Under the pieces are notes generated by a model. That model did no database searches and was not told where the DNA came from. It saw only the letters and a list, made by a program, of their open reading frames with translations. From Utricularia gibba (taxonomy: Eukaryota > Plantae > Magnoliophyta), in the NCBI GenBank assembly GCA_002189035.1, contig NEEC01000004.1, forward strand, positions 372,001 through 436,000: 64,000 bases of DNA, in the 5' to 3' direction. Below, in pieces: positions 40,560 to 53,800 of the stretch; position 1 is the stretch's first letter, and every line of letters starts with the position of its first letter. A program made the position numbers and the translations under genes.

Positions 40560-41200
40560 TCGAGGGCAATCCTAAGATCACATAAAAAACTAAAATTTTT
40601 GTATCATTCTATGATAATTGTGTGTTTTGAGAATTGAAAATTACCTTCACACGAAAATTGGAGTCTCAAATCTTATTGTCATGAGTGTCTTGACCATTTT
40701 GTGGTACTACTAAAAACTAATATAAGACCATCTTTTGAACATCAAGTCTTCATCGGATGCTGGCCTTTCAAAGATCAATGTGACCGCTTTAGAATGAGCT
40801 TCCAAACGGTAACCTATAAACAATGCACGAAGGCACCCTTTGCTCTAGTAACCTCCCACAGCTCCAAACACCCCAAGACAATGTACAATATCGCATCAAA
40901 AACTAAAAATTTTGTATCATTCTATTATACTTGTATGTTCTAAAAACTGAAAATCACTTTCATGCAAAAATTGGAGTTCCGAATCACATAATCATGAGAG
41001 TTCTGGCCACTTGTTCTAAGGAACTTCCTCGGTTCCTTGCACTCACAGGACAATGTACAGGATCGCATCAAAGAAATAAAAAATTTACATCATTGTATCA
41101 TACTCGTAGATTCTGAAAATAAAAAATCACCCTCACGTTAATATGGGTGTCCCAAATCGCAACGTCTTGATCATGCTAGACTATTTGTGGCATAGCTGAA
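40560..41200. repeat. Three degenerate copies of an approximately 140-150 bp AT-rich unit
   Basis: A motif of the form GACAATGTACA...ATCGCATCAAA...AAAATTTTGTATCATTCTA...AAAATCAC...AAAATTGGAGT recurs near 40565, 40877 and 41048. Confidence 0.6.
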
Positions 41201-41485
41201 GGTTTTATAAGCCTATCTTTCTAGCATCAAGCCTTCAGTGAATGATTTTTATGTCTCAATGTGAACAGGTTGGAATGAACAAAACAGTAAGATGTGGATA
41301 ATGTGAATTATCACGGTCTGGAAACTCATGGGCCGATGGCACACTCTCGCTGGCCCAAAGTCTCATTGAGCCAGATTTGTTACGCAATCTCACGGGCTCG
41401 ATGCATCGATTCCTCCGTACGCTGAACAAGGAATGTGATAAACAATTCAACAAACTCTCTGTGCGTACTTTGGTATTCCAACCAA

Positions 41486-43329
41486 ATGAAGCAGCGACTC
41501 GGTGGTGTATGGTGGCCGGCGCTTGTAGCAGCCACTGTGAAGGTGATTCTGATACCTGCCTACAGGAGTACTGATTTCGAAGTACACCGTTACTGGTTAG
41601 CGCTCACTCATTCCCTCCCACTTTCGCAATGGTACATCGACACCACCAGCGAATGGACCCTCGATTACCCACCTTTCTTCGCCTACTTCGAAGCATTCCT
41701 GGCTTTCTTTGCCTCCAGAGTGGATCCGACGATGACCCACCTCCAGCATGGTTTGGAGTATGCCTCGAATAGCACAATTGTCTTCCAGCGGCTTTCTGTC
41801 ATTCTTTCGGAGATTGTTCTGGTTTATGCGGCACATAGGCTGACAAAAAATAGGAACTTTGGTGATTCTAGGAGATTCCTAATATGGGCATTGGTTATCT
41901 GGTCTCCTGGTCTGTTTATTGTGGATCATATACATTTTCAGTATAATGGGTTTCTGCTGGGGATGCTTCTTCTGTCTGTCTCCTGTTTGGAGGAAGGGAG
42001 GGATCTCATTGGAGGGTTCATATTTGCTCTTTTGCTTTGCTTTAAACACCTCTTTGCTGTGGCTGCCCCGTTATATTTCGTGTACTTACTCAGACACTAC
42101 TGCAGAGGTGGGCTGATTAAGGCATTTGAAAAACTTTTGCTTATGGGAACCTCAGTTATTGTTGTTTTTGTAGCTGCTTACGGGCCTTTTGTGTACCACG
42201 CCCAGGTATATCCTTAAAAGTCTTTTGTTCATGCTTATTTCTTTGAGATTTACTTATGCACTCTTTTTTTCTTTTTTATATTTCTTTCAGATACAACAAT
42301 TGTTGAGGCGCATGTTTCCATTCGGCAGGGGACTATGCCATGCTTATTGGGCTCCCAATTTCTGGGTGTTCTATATACTGATGGATAAAATTCTTGCATT
42401 TGTCCTTTTGAAACTGGGTTTCAGTATTCCAACACCAGAAGCTTCATTCACTGGTGGCCTAGTGGGAGATTCATCTCCTTTTGCAGTGTTGCCCAAGGTA
42501 ACTATGCTTGCTCCTCAGATCTTTTACTAACCTGCTTATGGGATCAATTTTTTCAGCATCATAACTAACTTGTGTCAATTATACTTCCAATCTGTCTGCA
42601 GTCATGCAGTTCTTACATGTGTGGCTCATTCGATATGCTTCAGCTTTCAATTTGTGAACTAAGCAGGTGACTCCTTTGATGACATTCATCATGGTCCTCC
42701 TGGCAATATGCCCATGTTTATTAAAGGCGTGGAGGAATCCCCAGCCGGTGATGTTCTGTAGATGGGTATCTTACGCTTATACATGTGGATTCCTCTTTGG
42801 TTGGCATGTTCATGAAAAGGCATCTCTGCACTTTGTAATCCCACTCGCATTTACTTCTCTGGACAGTATACAGGATGCTGAACATTACTTCATTCTGTCT
42901 ATAGGTACATAAATCTCCATTCCAGTTTTTTACTTTTAAGAATTTTGAAGTGTAGAAGATAATAATTTACAACTTGCTGATGCAGCTTCCTGCTACTCGC
43001 TTTTTCCTCTCCTCTACGAAGCTCAAGAATATCCAATAAAAGTTGTGCTTCTGCTTCTACATTCCATGCTGATGTTTTTTGGGTTTTCATTCATTTTTGC
43101 GCGACCATCAAGCCCAGGATTGAATAAAGTGAAACCTTTCATGAGTAGGATTTCGAAGGTATACCTGTTGGGATTCTGCATAATTGAAGCATGGGGTCTG
43201 TTGTTCCATGGGATTGTTTTTGGCGATCGTCTTCCTTTTCTGCCGCTCATGATGATTTCCATATACTGTGCATTAGGAATAATGTATTCCTGGATTTGGC
43301 AGCTCCGTAAAATTACTCTCATCAGTTAA
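41486..43329 (+). CDS. ALG8: Dolichyl pyrophosphate Glc1Man9GlcNAc2 alpha-1,3-glucosyltransferase
   Basis: [83 protein letters not shown]. Confidence 0.94.
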
Positions 43330-45087
43330 TCATGTGTTGGCCTTTACCCTCTTACCTACCTGTTCTTGGATTGGCTTTATTACCTAGTAGTATACTTTTC
43401 TATTGGTTTTATTACCTAGTAGTTTACCATAACCATCCTTATCCATTGTTGGTCATTCATGAACACATTGTCATAGAGAAATCCAACAGAGTCCAATACC
43501 CCGCAAATTGACCGCAGACAAATTTCAATTCTATAAGAAGATGTAAGTTAAATATTTGATTTTCATTGAAGAGTTCTGCAGGAACTAATGGTTGCTTTGA
43601 GAAAATAGATCAGATTCATTGAATTTTGTAATAAAACATGTCTTTCCGTTGGTCTTCAAACTAGCTAGCTAACAGTTCATGGACTTGTGTAAAAAAAAAA
43701 AAAGCACTAGTTGTCTAGGTCAATGGATTTGCACTGCGGTCTGCATTATAGAACAGTACTTGAAACTGCCTTGCCCACTATGGCACTAATACAATCCACT
43801 ATAGAGACATTATGTTGTAATCAGTTACTCAGTCCACCTATCGCTCTCCTCAACTTCTCTTGTCCTTATTTTTCTGATGAGCTTATCCAGATTTATTGGC
43901 ATCTGTCTTTTTTCACTGGAGCTGCTCCTGATTTCCATGAACAGTCCATTTAATATAAGGGGTGCATTATGCTTTCATTTTCCTGCAGCACAGCTAACTG
44001 TGCAACTTAAGCGCTGTATTAACAGATTTTAACTTGATTTCATCAGATGGCTACTGCTGATCCTGAACATGATTCTTGTGATCATCGGGCAAGGCGTTGC
44101 GACAGTTTTAACCCAGCTTTATTACCGAAGTGTTGGGTGAAGTGAATGAATGCCTGGGGCCTCTTACACAATCGGCTGGCTTCCCTGTTCTCCTAGTCCT
44201 GCATCTGTTCCTCCGTTTGAACCTTCCGCAAACGCTCTTTCTTCATCCACATTTTCTCCAGCCCAATTGGTGTTGTTGGTAGGCGCCATCATCATCTTTA
44301 TCACCATCCATGGAGGACAATCACTGCTGATCTTCAACTCCATAGCCATGCTTGTGCTTTCCTTCTTCCACCTTCTGCACTCTCCGATGAGTACTCCATC
44401 AAGGCAACACGCGTTACCGTAATCGGCGTAGCTGCTGTAACTAGACACAGGAGACGTGTTACATGGGAATGAAGACGTTTTTTTCCTTCTGGACCTGGGG
44501 AAGCTTCATCCCTGGTGACACTCACCGTGATCGCTAAGTCTGTTTTTCTGGTTTTGTAAGTAATTTCGCTTCCGTGGCCCAAAGATGAAAAAGGTGCCAC
44601 AGGGTCAAAAAACCAGCATCGCCCAGATGAGAAAACCAGAAAAGAAAGCGTGCATCTTCAAGGTTCTCACGAGCACGCACATCTTTTACAGCAGCCTTGT
44701 TCACCAAAGCCACTACAATTTTCTTACTCTTTGGAACACAATTGGGTCAACTTTTTGTTCCGTTTTTACTTAACAAAGCCCCCTTAAAAGCACGCCCAAA
44801 GTGCCCGGCCCCACACCTTTACTAATCATTTGACATCGGTATTTTAAACCATGGGATTAATGAATTATACATGATCAAAATTAGATTAAGTTATACTTTT
44901 ATTAAATAATTAGGAGTAGAAGGTAGCGAAGACCATGAAAATGAAAGAATAATTTAATTTTGATTTTACATTTTTTATATGTAACAAATTTCTGAATCAT
45001 TCGCGTCATTCAGACCGGCGACTGGGAACTGGGAGCAAACCGTTAACAAGTTAAAAAAAAGAATAAAAAAGAAAAAAAAAACGACGG

Positions 45088-45813
45088 TCATAAATCCGCC
45101 GTTGTGAGATACCGGTTACACCTTCCCTGGTGGGTGAATTTACGGAACCGGTTCTTGAGTGAGGACGGCTGCGTCGCCGGCGATCGGTGTCTGCCGGTGA
45201 GTATGATCTCCGGGAGGATACCCTTCGGATTGGAGGATCTGATTGGGCTGGGCCGAACAAGAGCTATGGGGCTCAAACAGAATCTCAGGTTGGGAAATAT
45301 CTCGGCCCTCCAATGGGGTGGCGTTTGAGGATTCGGGATGGCATGCTTCCGATATTCCTCGTCCTCGTAAAGATCTCTGGCCGGCGATAATCCCCTAGCG
45401 CGTGTCCACGGATTCCTCGATATCGGATTCTCTTTCTCGCGGCGGCGATTGATGGACGTAGCTCTAGCCGGAGACTCTAGTGTACTGGCGGTGAAGGAGA
45501 GTTCCCATAATTTCATTGAGAAAAGTCCCTTAAAAAGGGAGGCAAATTTACGCCCCCTAGTATTTCCACTCTTCTCCTGTCGCGCATTACACGCACCCAG
45601 CTCAGCAGAATCGAAGAAGAGGCGGCAGGGGCTGTGGACGGAGTCTGCAAAACCCAACTCCGGAGCGGTGATATTTTGGCGTAAGGGCGTGGGAAAAGGC
45701 GGCCCGTGTTTCTGCTGCGCGTCGATCGTAGCGACTAGTCGTTCTCGGAGACAGGTGGCGCAGACGCCGACGGCGCTGCTTTGATCGAATCGATGTTCCT
45801 TGCAGTTCACCAT
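45088..45813 (-). CDS. Uncharacterised intronless plant protein with an N-terminal Cys motif (C..H...VGVCATCLRERL)
   Basis: 241-codon ORF MVNCKEHRFDQSSAVGVCATCLRERLV...NLRFCLSP. The motif resembles DUF740/OCTOPUS-like N-termini. Confidence 0.7.
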   Translation of the reverse strand: MVNCKEHRFDQSSAVGVCATCLRERLVATIDAQQKHGPPFPTPLRQNITAPELGFADSVHSPCRLFFDSAELGACNARQEKSGNTRGRKFASLFKGLFSMKLWELSFTASTLESPARATSINRRREKENPISRNPWTRARGLSPARDLYEDEEYRKHAIPNPQTPPHWRAEIFPNLRFCLSPIALVRPSPIRSSNPKGILPEIILTGRHRSPATQPSSLKNRFRKFTHQGRCNRYLTTADL

Positions 45814-46269
45814 TTTTCTTCCGCCGGAGGAAGAGAGAATCTTGAGGCTCAACTGAAACACACTAATCGGGATTGTGACGGGATACCCTTTTTTCCTTGA
45901 TTTAAAGCCTGTGGGGAGAAATGAGTCAATTCACATTTCGCACTCGGGAAATCCAATTTTTTTTTATAAAACAATATTGATTTGTTTGAATATATTATTA
46001 TAATATCTTTTATAAAAAAAACAACTACCATTCAAAAGTCAAAAGAGATCTTGCCTCACCACTTTAAAAGGTGACCAAGTAACCGAACACGTATTATTTT
46101 AAAAGAAAAAAATAATTAGTTGAGTTTTTTTTAATTTAATTTTACCTAGAATTAAAAATTGTTTAGTAAAATGATGGGTGACGACGTAGTACATTTAATT
46201 TTAAATATATCGCTATTGTTAGGCGTTGACCTTCTCAAACCAGTGTCAAGTTGGCACGATTAAAAACTT

Positions 46270-46352
46270 TGGGCCTGGGCTTTTAGCCACTTGAAGATGA
46301 CCACGTGGATTCGGACCAATAACAATATGGGGCCTATCTGGGTATGAAGCCC
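46270..46352. promoter_or_regulatory. Cluster of site II-like (TGGGCY) elements upstream of DRP1E
   Basis: TTGGGCCTGGGCTT, GGGGCC and AAGCCCA lie within about 80 bp, roughly 300 bp upstream of the ATG. Confidence 0.35.
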
Positions 46353-46649
46353 ATTTCAGCATACCATCATCCAGCCTGCTTCCGTCCCGACCCACCACTT
46401 TCTCCGGGAGGACCCTGGTAATTCAAACTTGGAATTCTAGACGTTTGACGTCCACACCGTAGCACGGGTGAGTCCGACAGCAGGTCATAACCCCCTCTCT
46501 CGCCGCTTTCTGCTTCTCTTGGTCCGCTCGAGTCAAATCAACTGGTCGTGGACTGCGTCTGTTGTTGTTAACTTCCTTTCGAAGTATCGTTCGGTTGAGA
46601 ACTGGTTCTGTTCGGCAACTGCGTCATTTGATCTAGATCCGTGGGTTCT

Positions 46650-49600
46650 ATGGCGACGATGGAGAGTTTGATTGGGCTGGTGAACAGAATTCAAAGGGCT
46701 TGCACTGCACTAGGTGATTACGGCGGCGATCAGGCGTTTTCTTCCTTATGGGATGCCCTCCCCTCCGTTGCCGTTGTCGGTGGGCAGGTCGGTGTCGGAT
46801 TATGTTTAGTGGCTTGGGGAAGTCCGAATGTGGAATTGAAAAGTATTAGATCCATGCGGGTTCCTAGTTTTGGTGAATTACGCATAAAATGATCATATTA
46901 GAGGGGTTTTTTTAAAATTCGTTTCTGCTTCTTGCTGGATCCAGAGTTCTGGAAAATCATCCGTGTTGGAGAGCATAGTAGGACGCGATTTTCTGCCTCG
47001 GGGTTCTGGTAAGCCTTACGTCCTGTGTTATTTAGGAGGTTGTGCAATGAAATGATTGTGCAGTACTATATGATTTTCTGAATATTTGTGAGCAGGAATT
47101 GTTACTCGACGGCCACTGGTGTTGCAACTGCAGAAAACAGAACAGGGGCAGCAGGAGTATGGAGAATTTGGGCATTTGCCTCGTAAAAGATTTACTGATT
47201 TTTGTAAGCCCTGAAGTTTACCACTCTTGGAATATGGTGTTGTTCCCTTTCACTTTTATCTCACTGAAAACTTCTTTCTGGCGTAGCTTTGCTTCGCAAG
47301 GAAATTCAGGATGAAACTGACAGAGTAACTGGAAAGACGAAGCAAATATCTCCCGTTCCTATTCACTTAAGCATCTATTCTCCCCATGGTATTTCTCTAG
47401 TTTCTCACCTAGGGGCTATTTCTTCTACTGGAAAATTTCCAAACCTGTCCCTTTTCTTTTTCATATATTGCAATTCCCTCGTTTCTCATTTTAATGATAA
47501 ATTTGCTGTTGCAGTTGTCAACTTGACGTTGATTGATCTCCCTGGGTTGACAAAGGTTGCTGTCGGTATGTGTGTTTTCTTTTTTTTTTTTTTTTTCAGC
47601 ATGGAGGTCTGCGTCATTCTCAGATTTTTTTATATGTTTTAATTCCATGTAGAGGGCCAACCTGAAAGTATAGTTCGAGATATTGAAAACATGGTTCGTT
47701 CTTATGTTGAGAAGGTACTAACAGGGACTTTTTACCCCCTTTTTCATGATATTATGCCATGGGCTTCATTTTATTGTTGTATATCATATAGCCCAACTGT
47801 ATCATATTGGCTATATCTCCTGCAAATCAAGACATTGCCACATCAGATGCTATTAAAATTGCAAGGGAAGTTGATCCTTCGGGTGAGAACCTTGTGTGTG
47901 ATAAAGAGTCAGATGCCTGATGCGAATGTTTTAAGGTTGTGGTAAAGAGTTTATTCATCTTGGAAAGGTGAACGAACATTTGGGGTGCTGACCAAGCTTG
48001 ATTTGATGGACCAAGGAACGAATGCACTTGATGTATTTTCCTTCTCTCCCAAGTCCTCTTTTTTCTTTGTATTCAAGTCATTCACCCTCTAATTTTTTGT
48101 TCTCTTATAGAGTTTTTTTTTTTGCTTGTGTGTGTGCATCTAAATAGGTGCTGGAAGGAAGGGCTTATCGTTTGCAACATCCTTGGGTGGGTATTGTGAA
48201 TCGTTCACAAGCAGACATTAACAAAAACATCGACATGATTACTGCCAGGAAAAAGGAACGCGAGTATTTTGCAACAAGTCCTGACTACGGGCACTTGTCT
48301 AGTAAAATGGGTTCTGAGTATCTTGCAAAGCTTCTCTCTAGGGTATATCTGGGATGCTATTTTAATATTTTTCCTACTCCAGGATGTTTCTTTTAATCAT
48401 TTTTTTAATTTTTTATTTCAGCACCTCGAATCTGTGATAAGGGCAAGAATACCAAGCATCACTTCACTGATTAACAAAAGTATTGATGAACTGGAATCTG
48501 AGATGGACCAACTTGGAAGGCCAATTTCCCTGGATGCCGGGGTCTGTTGTTTGACTTTCCTGTAGTTGTGATTATTATGTCTGTGGCTGACGTTTGTTTT
48601 CAGGCCCAACTGTACACAATTCTGGAACTTTGTCGTGCTTTTGACAAAATATTCAAAGAGCACCTGGATGGAGGGTAAGCTCCAACATTTCGCCATATTT
48701 CTTCAAGAGCCATATGATTTATTTAAATCAGTGTGCAATTTTAAACTAAGCACTATTTCAGCCGACCTGGGGGTGATCGTATTTATGGAGTGTTTGACAA
48801 TCAGCTTCCAGCGGCGTTGAAGAAACTCCCATTTGATCGTCATTTATCAATACAAAGTGTCCGAAAGATTGTTTCGGAAGCTGATGGCTACCAACCCCAC
48901 TTGATCGCACCGGAGCAAGGTTACAGACGGCTTATTGAGGGCTCTCTGAATTATTTCAGGGGCCCTGCTGAAGCTTCTGTGGATGCAGTATGTGTTACTG
49001 AGAGAAGCCTCTTTTCATCCATGCGATATTTAATATCAAATTGCCAAAAAAAAAAAATCCATGTAACTGTTCGCCTGCAGGTTCATTTTGTCCTCAAGGA
49101 GCTTGTCAGGAAATCAGTTGGGGAGTGTCAGGTGAGTTTAACGATGTTAGATGTTTCTTTATTTAATTGTTGTATTTACCGAAGTTGCTGTTTGGATGTG
49201 ATAGGAGTTGAGAAGATTTCCATCTATGCAATCCGCTATTGCTGGAGCAGCAAATGAAGCTCTGGAGAGGTTCCGCGAGGAGAGCAAGAAAACAGTAATT
49301 AGGTTGGTCGATATGGAATCCTCGTATCTGACTGTCGATTTCTTCCGGAGACTACCTCAGGAGGTCGAGAAAGTTGGAAACCCAGGTAGTGGCTCCAAGG
49401 ATTCGACCCTGAGTGCTTCAAACCCAGATCGTTATGCAGAGGCGCACTTCAGGAGGATAGGATCGAACGTCTCGTCGTATGTTAGTATGGTCTCAGAGAC
49501 TCTAAGGCACACTATTCCCAAGGCTGTGGTTTACTGTCAAGTTAAGGAGGCAAAGTCTAATTTACTCAGTTTCTTCTATACCCAAGTTGGGAAGAAAGAG

Positions 49601-49827
49601 GTACACCATTTTCCGTTGTTGCTACCATCTGATTCACTCTTGCCCTGTACCCCCCTCGTGCCCTTTTCAAATAAGATATCTCGGGTGATATTACTCAGGG
49701 TGCACAGCTTTCTGACCTTCTGGATGAAGATCCAACGCTGATGGACAGGAGACTCCAGTGTGCCAAACGGCTCGAACTTTACAAGAAAGCAAGGGATGAG
49801 ATCGAGTCCGCTTCTTGGGTTCGGTAA
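46650..49827 (+). CDS. DRP1E: Dynamin-related protein 1 (phragmoplastin class, DRP1E-like), multi-exon
   Basis: [26 protein letters not shown]; VAVVGGQ-SSGKSS (G1); [13 protein letters not shown] (G3); TKLDLMD (G4). Ends [10 protein letters not shown]. Confidence 0.93.
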
Positions 49828-50815
49828 ACCTGAGTTGCATATATTTATATACACACAACAGCTCATGATGGTAGTCGTGCATACATACCCTGATGTGGGT
49901 TGTAGCGCGGCGTTCATTCTTCATTCTTCTACTATCCATCCGGTGGAGCTTTTCCCACATTCGCTGTTACTTGCATGAATTTTCCCTGCAGCTCGATGTA
50001 TTTATTTACTCCTAGGTATCTGTGCTACTGGGGCTGAAATTGAAAAAGATGGTGGAATTCTACAAACATGACATATTCTTTTGGTTTTATATTGAGAATG
50101 ATTCTGATGTCTACCAGAAGCGATGAGCACCACATTAAAAAAAGAAGTCGACGTGGTGCCAATTCCGTGCCACACGTTCTGCGAGGAGGAGGATGAGTTC
50201 CATGTTCCTTTCATATTTGTGGCTGGTGCAACAGAATGCCGGTGGCCCGGAGTACCCCGTCGGGGCCTGAAGGACGTTCCGTCGGAGAATTGGAGTACTC
50301 GAATGGGGCAGGCCGCCCTCTCCTCTATCTCCTCCTGTCCTGGTGTTCCTCCCCGGTGCCACCGATTGATTCCCACTGCCCACCCGACTCTCCAACGTCC
50401 AAACGCAATAATTGATTCCCACACTTTCCACTCCCGCCCCTACCACTCACTCACCTCTCATCCCATTTTTATTAAAAAAAGAAAATCGTTTTCAAAAAGG
50501 AACATTCCATCCATCATGTGTCGAGGCATGGACACGTGGGATGATTTTAGAAATGTGGTATGTGTGTGTACTGTGTATCTTCTATGCTAATTTTTTTTTG
50601 TCTTAATTTATGAAAAAATTGATCACCGTGAAGCAGTCGATGGAAAGTGAAATGTTATTTAATGGTGCACGTTTCCCAAATGGAGCGGAGGCCGGTGATT
50701 TCAATCATCGCTTCCTTGTAGAATACGTATGATGATCGATTATCGTAATTAATATAAAAATAGGTTGAAAAATGTTATTACGTTTTTATTTCTGTTCCCT
50801 GTCCCCTGTCCCCGT

Positions 50816-50817
<2 letters not shown>

Positions 50818-50852
<35 letters not shown>
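50818..50852. repeat. (TA)17 microsatellite upstream of the ABCC start codon
   Basis: Direct read of the sequence. Confidence 0.95.
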
Positions 50853-50855
<3 letters not shown>

Positions 50856-53800
50856 TAGTGTTCAGATCATTTCTCTTACCTTGGCAGCGAGGCAGAGGAG
50901 AGAGAGGGAGAGGGGCTTCTGGGTTCTCCTCCACGAATTAAATTAGATGGTGTTGGAGAAACTGGGCTTCGCTGCTCCTCCAGGTAAGCTGCTCTTCTTC
51001 TTCTTCATTTCTGGTTCCCAGTCTCGATCATGCATGCAGGGGCACACACATTGAAGGTCATTGCAAATATTGCCTTTCTTTATGATACACGTCTGAGATC
51101 TTGCATCTCCGTCGTGAATATATAGCGGAGAGTATTCAGTTATGCTCATGCTCCAGCACCATTTTTTTTCTTCTGTGTGGGATGCAGAGCGTAGAGACCC
51201 ATTTGTGTGTGTGTGTGTAAGGGTCTGAGTCTGTTCTCTCAATTCTGAGGATGGGTCGTAGTCCTCACAGATGGTGGTGGGCCACTTGCATAGAATGTTG
51301 TTTGTCCCTTTGTTGACTGGAGTGCTCCGCACACAGGAATACTGTATAGAATATTAGGAGCTTTGTTTGCTTTCGGATAAGAACCAAAGTTCGACTTGTG
51401 TTCTTTCAAGTGTTTTAAGTTTGAGTTTTATTGTAAAAACAGTAGCCGAGAGAACAGAGGAAAATCGCATGTGCCTCCTAGTTCACTCCATGTGGCTTTC
51501 TGTGCCAGTTTTCTCTTATCCCAATCAAGCCATACATTTATAACTATACGTAGAAGAGAGCAACTTCTGCCTTGTTTTGCTGTCTGCTGTCACAGAAATG
51601 TTTGGATCATTTTAAAATCCTATTCTCAAATTGGTGTTTCTATCATAGCATGTATGAAGTGCTTCCAACAATAAATACGTACTTCAGTTGAAGTATATGA
51701 ACCATACAGATGTTTTCTCTCAAGTTGCACTTCTTACCGTGTGACTTATTTCAAACTATCAGCAGATCATGTCCTTGCTGAATTACGGAGTGTGTTATGG
51801 CCACAAGTTACGTCTCCCTGCAGTGCGGAAAAAGGAAGTATACTCATCAACTTCGTATTCTTGGCTACTCTCTTGCTATCATACATCAAGAACAGGCTGT
51901 ATGGTTCATACAGTGGCTTAGGAAAGACAAAGGAGGTGAGGAGCTTCCTAAGGAAAGATGTAAAATACGGTGTCTCGTACAATCTAAGCGTAGTTTGCAC
52001 CGTATTGTCTTTCATTGGTCAAGTTGGATCCTTGCTGTTGATATGCCTTGGGAACAGCGATGTAGAAACTCAATGTGAATCAAAAGAGTTGCTCCTTTGG
52101 TCAAGGAGTATACAGGGGGTCGCCTGGGCGCTCACATTGGTGACTCTGTTTAAGATTCGTGATAGGAAATGCATCAGATTTCCATGGATTCTCAGGCTCT
52201 GGTGGATATCAAGTTTCCTGTTATGTCTGTGGCACGCCACCCTGGACGCTCGATTTGTAATGAGCCATGGACAACTTGGGATGCAGGAATATGCTGAACT
52301 CACTGGTTTCCTAGCTTCGTTCTGCTTGCTTGTTTTGTCGATCCGAGGAAACATAGCTGTAACTCTCAGTTTAGACCAGGAAGCCAGTGAGCCTCTACTG
52401 AATGGCAACGATGAGAAGCAATCGAGTTTGAGGAAAGATTGCCCTTATGGAAGAGCCACTCTCATACAACTAGTGACATTTTCTTGGCTCAATCCATTAT
52501 TTGAGGTTGGTTTCAAGAAAGCACTTGATCAGGAAGATGTACCCAACGTTGACATAAAAGAGTCAGCAGCCTTTTTATCAGAGGCATTTGATGATTGTCT
52601 CAAGCGTACGAGGGAGCAAGGATCAGATTCCGCGGCTTCGATCTACAAGGCTATCTTCCTTTTCATAAGAAAGAAAGCAGCCATCAATGCTATGTTTGCT
52701 GTGACAAGTGCTGGAACATCTTATGTTGGTCCTTACCTCATGAACAATTTTGTGACATTCCTGAATGAGAAGAAATATAGGAGCTTGCAAAGTGGATACC
52801 TTTTAGCACTTGGTTTTCTCGGGGCTAAATTGGTGGAGACAACAGCTCAAAGGCAATGGATCTTTGGAGCTCGTCAACTTGGGCTTCGTCTACGTTCTGC
52901 ATTGATATCCCATATTTATAAAAAGGGTCTTGTCTTGACAAGCACTTCGCGCCAGAGCCGGACTAGTGGAGAGATGATCAACTTCATGAGTGTAGATGTG
53001 CAAAGAATCACAGATTTCATATGGTACTTGAATACCGTATGGATGCTTCCCGTGCAAATTGGCCTAGCCATGTATATATTGCATCTGAATCTAGGAATGG
53101 GAGCCTTGGTCTCTTTCACAGCAACGTTCATCGTGATGGCTATCAACATACCATTGACAACAGTTCAAAAGCGTTACCAGACAAAGATCATGGAGGCAAA
53201 GGATGACAGAATGAAAGCAACTTCAGAAGTTTTACGAAACATGAAAACACTCAAACTACAAGCTTGGGATAGCTATTACCTTGAAAAGATAGAGAGCTTG
53301 AGGAAGATTGAACATAACTGGATCTGGAAATCTCTGAGGTTGAATGCCTTGGGTGCTTTCATCTTCTGGGGTTCACCAGCCTTCATCTCCGTTGTTTCTT
53401 TCTGTGGATGCTACATGATGGGGATTCCACTTACAGCAGGGACGGTTTTATCTTCTTTGGCTACGTTTAGAATGCTACAAGATCCCATTTTCAGTTTACC
53501 TGATCTGCTCAATGTTATAGCACAGGGAAAAGTATCCGTGGATCGAATCTCCTCTTACCTGCAAGAAGATGAGATTCAAGTGGATGCAATAGAAAACACT
53601 TCTTTTAGCCATACAGACTATCAGGTTGAGATAGATGGTGGAAGGTTCTCTTGGATAAGGGCTCCATAAATCCAACACTTGATCAAATAAATTTGAGAGT
53701 GAAAAGGGGGATGAAGGTGGCAATATGTGGAACAGTTGGATCAGGCAAATCAAGCCTACTTTCCTGCATTCTCGGAGAAATGCATAAGCTCGAAGGAACC

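Noticed and set aside
42206-42218. ATATCCTT near the ALG8 donor, suggesting an AT-AC U12 intron
   Set aside because: The ordinary GT-AG splice gives the conserved [14 protein letters not shown], while the AT-AC reading breaks the frame.
50422-50445. CTTTCCACTCCCGCCCCTACC, loosely miR482-like
   Set aside because: Several mismatches and no complementary arm nearby.
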